Assembly (NCBI GenBank): GCA_963696305.1
Contig: CAVOJX010000015.1
Location: forward strand, 44,505-108,504
Direction of reading: 5' to 3'
DNA length: 64,000 nt
Origin: Bryobacterales bacterium
GTDB taxonomy: Bacteria; Acidobacteriota; Terriglobia; Bryobacterales; Bryobacteraceae
Shown: positions 46,610 through 56,461 of the stretch, one piece after another
Position numbering within the stretch: the first letter of the stretch is position 1
Layout of the letters: each line of letters begins with the position of its first letter
Notes under the pieces: generated by a model
What the model was told of the DNA's origin: nothing
What the model saw: only the letters and a program-made list of their open reading frames with translations
Databases searched by the model: none
Translations under genes and position numbers: made by a program

Positions 46610-47578
46610 ATGAATCCAAAAAATCGCCGCTACCAAGTTAAGGACGGAGACTCTTTGTCAAAGATTGCACGTGAACAGTATGGAGATCCGATGGTTTGGT
46701 CGCATATTGCGCAGGCCAATCGAGTACCAAATAGCGGGCTCATTCTGATTGGAATGACGCTAGATCTACCTTCGATACAAACCGTTCAGCGGCCATCTTC
46801 ATTCAGGACGGACGTCATGCCTATGGCTCCGGGCGGCGGCGGTGGATCAACACCGGCTCACCATTTATCTTGGCCAGCTATCACTTTCTCATTTGAACGA
46901 AATTTCAAACCATTTACTTTTACCGTTCAGGACGGCGAGTTCGAAGTGGAAGTAAAACTGACGGGCGAGATTACCATGTGGAAGAAGGGAAGTGTCGGCA
47001 ATTTCGAAATTGATGGAGCCAATGGTAAAGTTTCAGCCGGACTCGTAAAAGAATACAAGACACAGTTTGCGCAGTTTGTTGGTGAAACAAAGTTTTTCTA
47101 TGATGCGAAGTCGAAGAAAGCAGGACTTGAGGGCGGCCTGGCCGTAACGTCCGGCGACGCCACTCCCAACTGGGCACCGCAGGTTCAATCCAATGGACCG
47201 ACCATTGACTTCATCCAGAATCCGCCCATACCCGTCCAATTCACCGCCGGACCACAATGGAAATTCAAGGGCGATTTGGGCTACGACATTGGTATCACGG
47301 TAAAACCAAGCGGGGATAACCGTTTTGGGCCCAATCCGGCCTACGTCTTGGAAACGGTCAAATCGGCGAGTCTTGTACAATCCGGCGGCTCAAATATACT
47401 GAGCGGGCTGTTACACATCTTCGAAGACGTTCTAGGTGGAATTATCGCGGCAGGCGGAATCATTGTCACAATTGGTAAGGCGGTAACTAGCGAGCCACTC
47501 CCAGTGCCTGCTGTAGTCAGGCAAGTTTCATTCGCAGAAGCGGCGCGACTCTACAACTGGTCGCCGCAAATTCTATAA
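46610..47578 (+). CDS. LysM-domain protein without signal peptide, with a C-terminal hydrophobic segment
   Basis: N-terminal LysM (YQVKDGDSLSKIAREQYGDPMVWSHIAQANRVPNSGLILIGMTLDLP), Gly-rich linker, unknown ~200-aa domain, hydrophobic GGIIAAGGIIVTIG near the C-terminus. Confidence 0.75.
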   Translation: MNPKNRRYQVKDGDSLSKIAREQYGDPMVWSHIAQANRVPNSGLILIGMTLDLPSIQTVQRPSSFRTDVMPMAPGGGGGSTPAHHLSWPAITFSFERNFKPFTFTVQDGEFEVEVKLTGEITMWKKGSVGNFEIDGANGKVSAGLVKEYKTQFAQFVGETKFFYDAKSKKAGLEGGLAVTSGDATPNWAPQVQSNGPTIDFIQNPPIPVQFTAGPQWKFKGDLGYDIGITVKPSGDNRFGPNPAYVLETVKSASLVQSGGSNILSGLLHIFEDVLGGIIAAGGIIVTIGKAVTSEPLPVPAVVRQVSFAEAARLYNWSPQIL

Positions 47579-47600
47579 AAGTTCGCTGAGCCCTTCAGTT

Positions 47601-47792
47601 TCACTTCTTAGGAAATTGCTTTCTAAATTCGGCGATTTCTTTATGGGTCGGAGGCCAATCCGTATCGCACGTATTGCAGTGGAATACCAACGTGCCGGAT
47701 TCAAGCAATGCTTCAAACTCGCTCTGCGTAAATTTCACCGTCTGGTTATGGTTATTAGGACATACAATCTCGAACGCCACACGCTCGCTCAT
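47601..47792 (-). CDS. Small zinc-ribbon-like hypothetical protein (63 aa)
   Basis: CPNNH ... CNTC pairs. The ATG directly follows the TAG of the upstream small ORF. Confidence 0.4.
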   Translation of the reverse strand: MSERVAFEIVCPNNHNQTVKFTQSEFEALLESGTLVFHCNTCDTDWPPTHKEIAEFRKQFPKK

Positions 47793-48032
47793 CTAAGCTT
47801 CCTCCCGCTCGACAGCTTCGCCAATGGTTTGCTCTACGATTATGGTCACTTGCTGATGATAACGCGCGTCTCCGGCCGCCTGCGTATTAAAGTGGTCATC
47901 CGGCACTGGCAGTAACTGGTCATTGTGTTCGGGCGTTGCTTCCAGCATGCTAGGAAGAGGCCCTCCAACCGTGAGAATCGAACTCGGAACAGCAGCACTC
48001 ATAACTTTGTCTGCCTTGAATCTCCCGCTCAT
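47793..48032 (-). CDS. Small acidic hypothetical protein (79 aa as listed; a 51-aa version from ATG 47948 avoids overlap with DUF1223)
   Basis: ORF only. Stop-start adjacency with the 63-aa ORF. Confidence 0.3.
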   Translation of the reverse strand: MSGRFKADKVMSAAVPSSILTVGGPLPSMLEATPEHNDQLLPVPDDHFNTQAAGDARYHQQVTIIVEQTIGEAVEREEA

Positions 48033-48786
48033 TGCCCAACTTCACGCTGGTGATGGTGACAGCTCGCTGCCCGTTCTTACCCGTGCTGCATTCGTTCCGC
48101 CGGACGCGCCCGACAAAACGCCTGTTCTCCTGGAACTCTTCACCTCGCTGGGCTGCTCTAGCTGTCCACCGGCCGATAAATTGCTCTCTGAGATCGATCG
48201 CCGACAACCAATTCCCGGCGCGCGCCTAATTGTCTTGAGCGAGCACGTAGATTACTGGAACACCCCACAATGGTCCGATCCGTTCGCTTCTTTCTACTAC
48301 ACGGAGCGACAAAAAGAATACGATATGCGCATTGGCGTCGAGGCCTACACACCACAGCTGGTTATCAATGGAACCACGGCCCTTGTCGGGAGTAACTGGG
48401 CAAAGGCTGCAGATGCCATTCAACGCGTCTTGCAAGGTCCGCGCATCCCGGTCCATGTGACCGCAGCCCGCGAACCGGGGAAGGCGAAAATCGATATCAC
48501 GGCTGGCCCGAACGCTGCTGCCAACAAAGCCGTCGTGATCCTCGCACTCGCTCACAACCAAGCCGAAGCGCCCGGTGGCGCCGAAAACGCCGGCCGCGAT
48601 CTTAGTGAAGTTGCCGTTGCATACTCAATCAGGCAACTCGGCAAGATCGATGCCCAGTCCACATTTATCAAGTCGCTTTCCATTGACTTACCCACGAAGT
48701 CTCAAGTCGGAGATCTTCGCGTAATCGCCTTTGTGCGGAAATCTGACACGATGCAGGTAATCGGAGCAGATCAACTCGTTTTCTGA
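47971..48786 (+). CDS. DUF1223 (thioredoxin-like) secreted protein
   Basis: Family signature LELFTSLGCSSCPPAD ... SEHVDYWN...W.DPF ... YTPQLVING. GTG 47971 gives a signal peptide. The ORF-track start at 47923 is less plausible. Confidence 0.8.
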   Translation: MRIELGTAALITLSALNLPLIAQLHAGDGDSSLPVLTRAAFVPPDAPDKTPVLLELFTSLGCSSCPPADKLLSEIDRRQPIPGARLIVLSEHVDYWNTPQWSDPFASFYYTERQKEYDMRIGVEAYTPQLVINGTTALVGSNWAKAADAIQRVLQGPRIPVHVTAAREPGKAKIDITAGPNAAANKAVVILALAHNQAEAPGGAENAGRDLSEVAVAYSIRQLGKIDAQSTFIKSLSIDLPTKSQVGDLRVIAFVRKSDTMQVIGADQLVF

Positions 48787-49016
48787 CTTCTCGGCGCATG
48801 CTCTGTGCTCGTCCCTTAGTCCAGTCAATGGCTTCGAGGTCATTACAAGCTGATACGAGGTTACGATCACTCCAAAGTTCAGCTACCGCCAGAACACCAT
48901 TTGAAGCGGCCGCAACCGCCGACCCAACAACTAACCAATACCTAAAGCGTTATCCGAAAAGCCACATCGCTGAGTTCCCCAAACCACAAACAAGCCACCA
49001 GAGCCCGCTGCCGAAT

Positions 49017-49670
49017 TCATGAGCCCTTCCTCCGCCGCCAAACACCGCTGAAGCGCGCATTAAGTGCTCCGCATTTCTGGTTGTCGCTAGCGAGAATGTA
49101 ATCACCAATCAGCTTCATATCGACCACGCACCCTCCGGTATCGCCATCGGTGTAATGCAACTCATTCCCTACGGGTGTGGCTTCACCTTTGAGGTTGCCA
49201 AAGTGCTGATTGCCGTTGGATCCATTCCAGATCGCCGTTCCCTTGAGCGTTAGCCGGCCATTGGTCTGCGAGGGTAGGATATCAACCAAGTCCTCGCCTC
49301 CATGCCAGATCCCGAACCAGGCCTTCAGAGACGGGTTAGCATCTGCGTCAACCGCTGTAAGGTCGGAACTGGGAATCCAAGCTGGTCCGGCACCTTTAGC
49401 AGTCGTCACATATCCGCAGGTCCAACCGTCTGTCGTGTTAACAGGCTGGACGGTATCGCCTCTCTGTGCCTCACCAGAGGAGCAATTTCCATTGGCGTAG
49501 CACTGCCAGGATGTAGTTGCAGTCGACTTCACAACGGACAGTTGCTGTCTGCCGACATCTAACTCTGGCAACGAGCACATGCTTTGGGGATGATCTTGGC
49601 CCAAGGCAAGCAAGGTGAAAATCAGAAACGAGCACACGAGACAAATTCGGCGAGCCATTTTGCTGCTCAC
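49017..49670 (-). CDS. Secreted Cys-containing hypothetical protein (217 aa)
   Basis: Signal peptide (RICLVCSFLIFTLLALGQD). No motif recognised. Confidence 0.5.
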   Translation of the reverse strand: MSSKMARRICLVCSFLIFTLLALGQDHPQSMCSLPELDVGRQQLSVVKSTATTSWQCYANGNCSSGEAQRGDTVQPVNTTDGWTCGYVTTAKGAGPAWIPSSDLTAVDADANPSLKAWFGIWHGGEDLVDILPSQTNGRLTLKGTAIWNGSNGNQHFGNLKGEATPVGNELHYTDGDTGGCVVDMKLIGDYILASDNQKCGALNARFSGVWRRRKGS

Positions 49671-49758
49671 CTAGACGGTGTTTGCCGCGAAAAAGGTTAC
49701 CGTTGTGCCACAGCCGGATTAGACGGAGAATTGCTAGGATCGTGCCTTCACGCGCCGC

Positions 49759-51066
49759 TTACTGCGCCCCATTCCCATGCACGACTTGTTGCTTGGTCCA
49801 ATTCCCAGGTATCACGCCGTTTGGATTCGCGTTCGAGTCATTCGTTTGATAGCCGACTTTGCCGGTGCTATCAACCCACGTATAGCTGTACGAGCTGGAT
49901 GCTTTAGTCAACTGCCCTGTATTCGGATCCACCACGGTTTGGCGGTCCAGCGCGTAATCCACCCAATCGGATGCCGCCGTAGAGCGCGCGTTCATGCCCG
50001 CCTGCGTCTGCTGCATCGACATGTTTGTGCCACGCTGCACGGTCGCCATGAACTCGTTGTGCATCCGCTGACGAGATGCTTGCTGTTCATCGAAATTCTG
50101 CTGTTGTGCCTGACGCTGCGCAGCCGCCTGATTAGCCATCTCTCGCGACGCCTGATATTGTTTATTCACCGCCTCATTCGTCGCAGCTACAAACTGGTCA
50201 CTGCGCTGCTGGCTCCGCTGCATATAGGCATTCTGCCAGGCTTCATTCCCGTGTCCCATCATCCCCGGTGCCTTCCAAACTCGCATCAGCGCGTCAAACT
50301 GGTTTTCCGGGCTTGTGAAGTAATTCAGATGGGTTTCACACTGGTCGGTAGTCGATGTGCCCCCCATCGTGTAATACTGTTCCCTGCAAGTCAAAACCAG
50401 TCCAAATTCCCCTTTCATCGCAAAGCTTCCGTTCTTGTAGCGGACAATCGCTTGCGCCAGTTCCACCGTTACCTTCGGGGGCCGCACCCGCATCGCCGCA
50501 TACTTCCCTGCAACCGAAGCCTCAGCATCGCGCTGGTCCTTCTGTACCCTTGCATTTACCTCGGCTGGAACTGGATCGTCCGCCACATATTCCACTTTCA
50601 TAACCTGGGCCAGATGTTTCAAGAAGTCTTGAGCGCTCATGGGCCCACCTAGCGGCAGACAACCCGGTCGAGCTTTAAACATCGGTCCCGAGCCCCATAC
50701 CCATCCCATCCTCGGCATCAGTTCCTCATAACTCAATCCATCGGGACTCGATGCACGCCAAACCATGGACGCCCCGCCAATGCAACCATCCTGCTGCATC
50801 ACCATTCCTCGGAAATGCCACGTCGCCGGAATGGTGACCGAAAAAGCTTTCATATTGTTCATGCTCGGGTCCAGGATGTCCTCAGTGCGTGTGCCGCTTG
50901 CGGTGACGTTGCTGACAGCCTCCGTGACGCCGGCTGGACTGGCCGCTGCAGTTTCCGTCGGACGTTGGCAGCCCAAGAAAACGAGCGCCATGACGCTGAT
51001 CCCGGTCCTAACTGTGAAGCTTTTCCTGTTGTTTCGCATCTGTGCCCTCGCTTGGTGAGGCGTCAA
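49759..51066 (-). CDS. Putative lipoprotein with Gln-rich central region
   Basis: A likely start at ATG 51039 gives MRNNRKSFTVRTGISVMALVFLGC (lipobox-like). Q-rich low-complexity stretch (AAQRQAQQQNFDEQQASRQ). Confidence 0.5.
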   Translation of the reverse strand: MTPHQARAQMRNNRKSFTVRTGISVMALVFLGCQRPTETAAASPAGVTEAVSNVTASGTRTEDILDPSMNNMKAFSVTIPATWHFRGMVMQQDGCIGGASMVWRASSPDGLSYEELMPRMGWVWGSGPMFKARPGCLPLGGPMSAQDFLKHLAQVMKVEYVADDPVPAEVNARVQKDQRDAEASVAGKYAAMRVRPPKVTVELAQAIVRYKNGSFAMKGEFGLVLTCREQYYTMGGTSTTDQCETHLNYFTSPENQFDALMRVWKAPGMMGHGNEAWQNAYMQRSQQRSDQFVAATNEAVNKQYQASREMANQAAAQRQAQQQNFDEQQASRQRMHNEFMATVQRGTNMSMQQTQAGMNARSTAASDWVDYALDRQTVVDPNTGQLTKASSSYSYTWVDSTGKVGYQTNDSNANPNGVIPGNWTKQQVVHGNGAQ

Positions 51067-51270
51067 CCAAAGCCATACTGCCTCACTGATTCAATCCAAT
51101 TTCGCGGAAAAACATGTAGCGGCAGTACCTTACCTTGGTTTCTCAGTGGCGAGGCACTTGTTTCCAAAGCTTTAGTCTTTGAGTAGGAATGAGCCATTAA
51201 CAAACGCAGTGCGGGAACTCATATCTGGGCTTAGGGGTCTAAAGAGAATAACCGCCAACGCATTTGCGGC

Positions 51271-52440
51271 ATGCCTAAACTATTCCTTGCATTCACGATT
51301 CCGTTGATCCTTGCAGGCATCTGCGTCTATGCGTGTTCTTCAGGAAGCCCGATTTGGTCAAAAAGTGCGAAGTCCGACACCGCTCTATTTCGATTTGTCG
51401 TTGGGACGGATAAGGACGCCAGGGCCGGATACATTGACATAAACGGCAAAGTTGTCATTCCGCCGATTTTCCAGAGTTACGGCAACGATGAGGTGGACGA
51501 TTTCTTCGATGGGATTGCGTTGGTGCGGATCGCGGACCAGGAGTGGTACATCGATTCGAAAGGCAACAAGCTATTTCGCAACCGGAGATCCGGGGTTTTT
51601 TCAGAAGGCTTGACCACTTTCGAGCAAGGTGCCAAGGTTGGATATCTCAACAAACAAGGCTTGGTCTCCATTCCGCCCCTCTTTGATTCGGCGGACAGCT
51701 TTTCAGAAGAGCTTGCGGCGGTTGAAGTCGGAGATCGATACGGTTATATAAGTCGCACGGGCATCCTAGTTATCAAGCCTGCGTATGTGCTGGCTCTGCC
51801 GTTCAGCAACGGGATAGCGCGCGTCGTTAAACAGGGCGGATGCCTCTACATTGGCTACGGTGCCTGTGATCCGTTCAACCCCTTGGTGCTGCCCTTCCAG
51901 CCTGGCAAATATCGGCACCCCACAATGCATGAGCGTCCCTGTGCCTACTCTTTCATAGATAAAACCGGACGGGAACTGTCCCCAACGACATACCGCGACG
52001 CGAAGGATTTTGCTGAAGGATTGGCACCCGTTGGCGACGGAAGTCGATGGGGCTTCGTCAATGTGAATGGAAGCATCGCCATTCCTTTGCAGTACCAGAA
52101 TGCCCAGCCATTCTCGGAAGGTCTTGCGGCAGTTGAGATGAATGGTAAATGGGGTTATGTCAATCACTCCGGCGCGATAGCTATACCGGCCACCTATGCC
52201 GCCGCTCTCGGTTTTTCTGAAGGGATCGGGCTGATTCTCGATGCCTCGGGGCAATACCAATTCATCGACAAGCAAGGACGCCAGGCCATTCCTGGATCTT
52301 TCATTGTGGCGAGCAGTTTCGCCATGGGTCGTGCTCACGTGCGCACTGGCATCGGCTACGATACGGCAAGATGGGCATACATAGACCGCTCTGGTCGGGC
52401 TATTTTCCGTTATACCGCGAATGGCGAGATCAGACCGTGA
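51271..52440 (+). CDS. WG-repeat (KWG) containing lipoprotein
   Basis: Repeated ~35-aa units with (R/K)WG(F/Y)(V/I)N..G...IP..Y......F(S)EGLA. N-terminal signal with Cys. Confidence 0.75.
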   Translation: MPKLFLAFTIPLILAGICVYACSSGSPIWSKSAKSDTALFRFVVGTDKDARAGYIDINGKVVIPPIFQSYGNDEVDDFFDGIALVRIADQEWYIDSKGNKLFRNRRSGVFSEGLTTFEQGAKVGYLNKQGLVSIPPLFDSADSFSEELAAVEVGDRYGYISRTGILVIKPAYVLALPFSNGIARVVKQGGCLYIGYGACDPFNPLVLPFQPGKYRHPTMHERPCAYSFIDKTGRELSPTTYRDAKDFAEGLAPVGDGSRWGFVNVNGSIAIPLQYQNAQPFSEGLAAVEMNGKWGYVNHSGAIAIPATYAAALGFSEGIGLILDASGQYQFIDKQGRQAIPGSFIVASSFAMGRAHVRTGIGYDTARWAYIDRSGRAIFRYTANGEIRP

Positions 52441-52691
52441 TAATGAAATGTTCCTCGCCTGCGGTGCCGTAGTTATCGGTGTCCAAGAACTCACATCGCT
52501 TGCCTCTGGCGCGTAATTCGGATCATTCGTAGTGCGGTAGTTTCCAAACCCCCCTTGTTAATCAGCCATTCGCTCGCCATACCAACTAGAAACAATACTT
52601 GCGGCATCATCCTGGAGTCAGTAGTTGCGCTTCTAACTAAAGAGAAACTACTACCGGTCGATACAACCACTGAAAGGTTCACATCGGCACA

Positions 52692-53234
52692 ATGAAAAAT
52701 TCAAACACAATACAATCGATAACTCGGAGAGTACTCCAGGGAGTCTCGACGTTGGCGTTTCTCGCATCCACGGCAATATCAGCTCACGCACAAGATAGCA
52801 TTGGAGGACACATTGGCTTTGTGCTCCCCCTCGTGACCACTGCTGGCGGTCAGACAACTACTATTGCAGACGGATTTTCAATCGGATTTCCAGTCGGAAT
52901 CACCGTTAAGAGCAAAGGTCCGTTAGCATTTGACATGGAACTCGTTCCTTCCGTCCAAGGCTCTCCTAGGAAAGTAGATACAACAATCCATCCTGGACTT
53001 TTGTGGTCATTGGGAAAAGGCTTTACTGTTGGAATGCGGGCGGCGTTTGTCGTGAATTCATCAGAGTATGGTTTTACTCCACTCCTAAACAAAAGCTGGC
53101 CGATCAAAAGTGAGGACGGCTTCTTTAAGGCTTACTTCGTCGAAGCCGACCTGCCCGTCCGTTTTGATCGTCCTGCCGGTGGACCGGCTACAAATCCCGT
53201 CACATTTGCCATGCATTTTGGCTTAGGCTTCTGA
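52692..53234 (+). CDS. Small outer-membrane beta-barrel-like protein
   Basis: Signal peptide ending AHAQD, alternating hydrophobic beta-strand pattern, C-terminal ...HFGLGF. Confidence 0.55.
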   Translation: MKNSNTIQSITRRVLQGVSTLAFLASTAISAHAQDSIGGHIGFVLPLVTTAGGQTTTIADGFSIGFPVGITVKSKGPLAFDMELVPSVQGSPRKVDTTIHPGLLWSLGKGFTVGMRAAFVVNSSEYGFTPLLNKSWPIKSEDGFFKAYFVEADLPVRFDRPAGGPATNPVTFAMHFGLGF

Positions 53235-53335
53235 TCCGTCACTGCTCACATATCGGCATGCACAACGACTACCGTCGTCAAACAGAGCCACACTGTGAAG
53301 CATTTGCTAGATCACCACATTATTCCAACCCCCAC

Positions 53336-53363
53336 TTGACACGCCTGAAGCCTTCGCTATATC
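53336..53363 (+). promoter_or_regulatory. Sigma-70-like promoter of the PadR-ADOP operon
   Basis: TTGACA (53336-41), 16-nt spacer, TATATC (53358-63). The predicted TSS falls at the first arm of the palindrome. Confidence 0.45.
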
Positions 53364-53367
53364 CTTT

Positions 53368-53393
53368 ACCTAGCTAGCAATGCCTAGCTAGGT
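53368..53393. promoter_or_regulatory. Perfect inverted repeat, candidate PadR operator
   Basis: ACCTAGCTAG-caatgc-CTAGCTAGGT (10-bp arms, 6-nt spacer) ending immediately before the padR ATG at 53394. Confidence 0.5.
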
Positions 53394-53729
53394 ATGCCAA
53401 AAAGCAAAAACGATAAACTGCAGGGCACTTTGACGCTCCTCGTCCTGCGCACGCTGGAAAGTCGCGGAGCCTTGCATGGTTACGGCCTCTGCGAACACAT
53501 TCGCCAGGTATCGGGTGCCCTCCTCGAAATGGAAGAAGGCTCGCTTTATCCCGCCCTACATCGCATGGAGCAAGATGCCTGGGTCTCCTCCAAATGGGAA
53601 CTCACCGACAAAGGTCGCCAAGCGAAGGTTTATGCCATTACCGCGCGTGGAAAACAACAACTAGCCCACGAGCAGGAAAGCTGGGAACGCCTCACAAGTG
53701 GCGTTAAGAGAGTGTTGCGGTATTCCTAA
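53394..53729 (+). CDS. PadR-family transcriptional regulator (acidobacterial type)
   Basis: Winged-helix motif LLVLRTLESRGALHGYGLCEHI...EGSLYPALHRMEQDAWV...VYAITARG. Confidence 0.9.
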   Translation: MPKSKNDKLQGTLTLLVLRTLESRGALHGYGLCEHIRQVSGALLEMEEGSLYPALHRMEQDAWVSSKWELTDKGRQAKVYAITARGKQQLAHEQESWERLTSGVKRVLRYS

Positions 53730-56461
53730 TGCCTTGGTATCAGCGCTGGCGCAACGTTTTTCGGCCCGAGAAGCTCAACGCCGAGTTGGATCGGGAATTC
53801 CAATACCACTTGGCGGAAGCAACGGACCGTTTGATGGCGGAAGGAATGCCGCGCGAGGAAGCACTGGCGGAAGCGCGGCTCCGGCTGGGCAATTATTCGA
53901 TTCAAAAGGAAAGCACACGGGATATGAACATCGCGGCTTGGCTTGATTCGACGCGTGCCGACATTGTTTATGGACTTCGGCAGCTAAAACTCAATCCCGG
54001 ATTCACCACCATAGCCGTTCTCTCGCTGGCACTCGGAATTGGTGCGAATGCCGCCATTTTTCAGCTGGTCAATGCCATCCGGCTAAAAACATTGCCGGTT
54101 CCCAATCCCCAGGAATTGGTCTTGATCGATTTCGAAGATGGCTCGGTGCGGCATGGCTCGGGCTGGGGTCCGCACGGAATTGCCAGCTATCCGCAGTGGG
54201 ACCAAATCCGAACTCATCAAAGGGCATTCAGCGATGTCATGGCGTGGCACCAGGAACAGTTCAACCTGGCTTTGGGTGGCGAGCCGCATTATGCGCGCGG
54301 CCTGTACGTCAGCGGCAGCTTCTTTCGAGGCCTGGGTGTCAGCGCAATACTGGGACGCACTCTGACTGAGCGCGACGACAGCGATACGTGTTCGGCTGGA
54401 ACCGTGATCAGCTACGCGTTTTGGCAGCGCCAATTCTCGGGCGACCCTGGCGTCATTGGCCGCAAGCTAACTCTGAATGGATATCCATTCGCAATCATCG
54501 GAGTGACACCGCCGTCCTTCTTTGGACTCGAAGTGGGAGGCCAGTACGACGTCGCAATCCCCATTTGCGCGGATCGCCTGTTGGCGCACGGTTGGAAGGG
54601 TCGCATACCGCTTAACACAGGATTTTGGCTTGCGATTTTGGGACGTCTAAATCCAGGCTGGACCACTGCGCGAGCGACTGCGCATTTGCGTGCGATATCA
54701 CCGGAGGTTATGCGGGCGACATTGCCCACAAGCTACCGGCCAGAAGAAGCCAAGGGCTATCTGGCCAACAAGTTAAAAGCAACGGAAGCGGGTTCTGGCG
54801 TTTCGGAATTGCGGACTGCATACGAACGTCCGCTATGGTTGCTTCTAGCAACTACTGGGCTTGTCTTGCTGATATCGTGCGCCAATCTGGCCAACCTGCT
54901 ATTGGCGCGTGCGGCGGTTCGCGAACCTGAGATTGCCATGCGCCTAGCCATCGGTGCATCGCGCTGGCGATTAGTGCGGCAACTACTGGCCGAGAGTGTC
55001 CTCTTAGCCGCCGCCGGGGCTTTACTGGGATCTGGTCTGGCTCTGATACTCAGCCGCAGCCTGATGCTGCTGATGAAGGTGTTTGTTGACCTGGCGCCCG
55101 ATTGGCGGATGCTTGTATTCACAGCCGGGGTAGCAACACTGACATGTCTTCTGTTTGGACTGTTGCCGGCGGTCCGAGCCGCCTATCTGTCGCCCGCCTC
55201 AGCTATGCGTGCAGGCGTGCGCGTGACGTCTGGTCGTGAGCGGTTCAGTTTCCGCCGAGGGCTGGTTGCAACACAAATCGCCATGTCGCTGGTGTTGCTG
55301 TTTGGCGCGTTGTTGTTCGTAAGAACTCTTAATAACCTTTCGACCGAAGACCCCGGATTCAAGGCTGACGGAATAGTAACGGCCAACATCGACTTCGGCA
55401 AGTCACCTATCGACTACGTCGCACGAGACGCTAGCGTCTCTGAAACCCAGCGCTCCTCCGAGAAGAGACGTTCCATCTACCACGAAATCTCCAAAAGGTT
55501 TTCCGCCATTCCCGGTGTCGCTTCAGTCGCGCAGGTGGATTTTACGCCCGTAAGCGACAGCAGTCGGGACAATCTCGTTGGCGTCGATGGCACAGCGGCG
55601 GTTAATGGAAAGGACTGCAACTTCGACTCACTCGGCCCTGGCTATTTCAGAACCATGGGGACAACTGTTCTTGCGGGCCGCGAGTTCAATGACCGCGATA
55701 CCCTTTCGGCTCCCAATGTGGCGATTGTGAACGAAACATTCGCGCGTACCTTCTTGGGCGGAGCCAATCCGGTCGGACACACATTCCGTGTATCAGCCGA
55801 GGCCGGAAAGGCTGAACCGGTATATCAAATCGTCGGACTGGTTAGGGATTCCAAATACCATGATTTGCGCGAAGATTTCCAGCCCATCGCGTTCTTCCCG
55901 AAGACTCAGGATGACGCGCCGGAATCGCAAGCCACCTTCGTCCTAAGAACCTCACTGCGCCCAGGGTCAGTGATGAAGGCCGCCAAGAACGCAATCCGAG
56001 ACATGGACCCGGCCATCGAAATTGAAATCCACGCTCTCTCAACGCAGCTTCAGAATTCCCTCCTACGCGAGAGGCTGATGGCAACGCTGTCTGGAGGCTT
56101 CGGTTTTCTTGCTGCCGTGCTGGCGATGCTCGGATTATACGGCGTCATTTCGTACACTGTGGCGCAGCGGCGCAACGAGATTGGCGTGCGCGTGGCGCTG
56201 GGAGCAAATCGCGCCAACGTTGTGGGCTTGGTAATGCGAGAGGCGTGCTTGTTGCTGGCCGTAGGATTAGTCGTAGGCATCGGGTTATCGCTGTGGGCTG
56301 GAACAGCGGCCGCCACGCTGCTGTTCGGTCTGAAGCCACATGACGCTGTTTCGCTTACGGCGGCAGCAGCTTTGTTAGCGTTGATTGCACTGCTGGCCAG
56401 TTATGTGCCGGCTAGACGTGCCGCAGGCTCGGATCCCATGTCGGCGTTGCGAAGCGAATAA
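53729..56461 (+). CDS. ADOP-family duplicated FtsX-like ABC permease
   Basis: About 910 aa with two MacB-PCD/FtsX halves. N-terminal WYQRWRNVFRPEKLNAELDREFQYHL and C-terminal DPMSALRSE are typical of the family. 1-nt overlap with padR. Confidence 0.9.
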   Translation: MPWYQRWRNVFRPEKLNAELDREFQYHLAEATDRLMAEGMPREEALAEARLRLGNYSIQKESTRDMNIAAWLDSTRADIVYGLRQLKLNPGFTTIAVLSLALGIGANAAIFQLVNAIRLKTLPVPNPQELVLIDFEDGSVRHGSGWGPHGIASYPQWDQIRTHQRAFSDVMAWHQEQFNLALGGEPHYARGLYVSGSFFRGLGVSAILGRTLTERDDSDTCSAGTVISYAFWQRQFSGDPGVIGRKLTLNGYPFAIIGVTPPSFFGLEVGGQYDVAIPICADRLLAHGWKGRIPLNTGFWLAILGRLNPGWTTARATAHLRAISPEVMRATLPTSYRPEEAKGYLANKLKATEAGSGVSELRTAYERPLWLLLATTGLVLLISCANLANLLLARAAVREPEIAMRLAIGASRWRLVRQLLAESVLLAAAGALLGSGLALILSRSLMLLMKVFVDLAPDWRMLVFTAGVATLTCLLFGLLPAVRAAYLSPASAMRAGVRVTSGRERFSFRRGLVATQIAMSLVLLFGALLFVRTLNNLSTEDPGFKADGIVTANIDFGKSPIDYVARDASVSETQRSSEKRRSIYHEISKRFSAIPGVASVAQVDFTPVSDSSRDNLVGVDGTAAVNGKDCNFDSLGPGYFRTMGTTVLAGREFNDRDTLSAPNVAIVNETFARTFLGGANPVGHTFRVSAEAGKAEPVYQIVGLVRDSKYHDLREDFQPIAFFPKTQDDAPESQATFVLRTSLRPGSVMKAAKNAIRDMDPAIEIEIHALSTQLQNSLLRERLMATLSGGFGFLAAVLAMLGLYGVISYTVAQRRNEIGVRVALGANRANVVGLVMREACLLLAVGLVVGIGLSLWAGTAAATLLFGLKPHDAVSLTAAAALLALIALLASYVPARRAAGSDPMSALRSE

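Noticed and set aside
47793-47795. In-frame TAG between the two small minus-strand ORFs as a read-through or pyrrolysine site
   Set aside because: An ATG follows immediately, no Pyl-related genes are in view, and ordinary stop-start coupling explains the layout.
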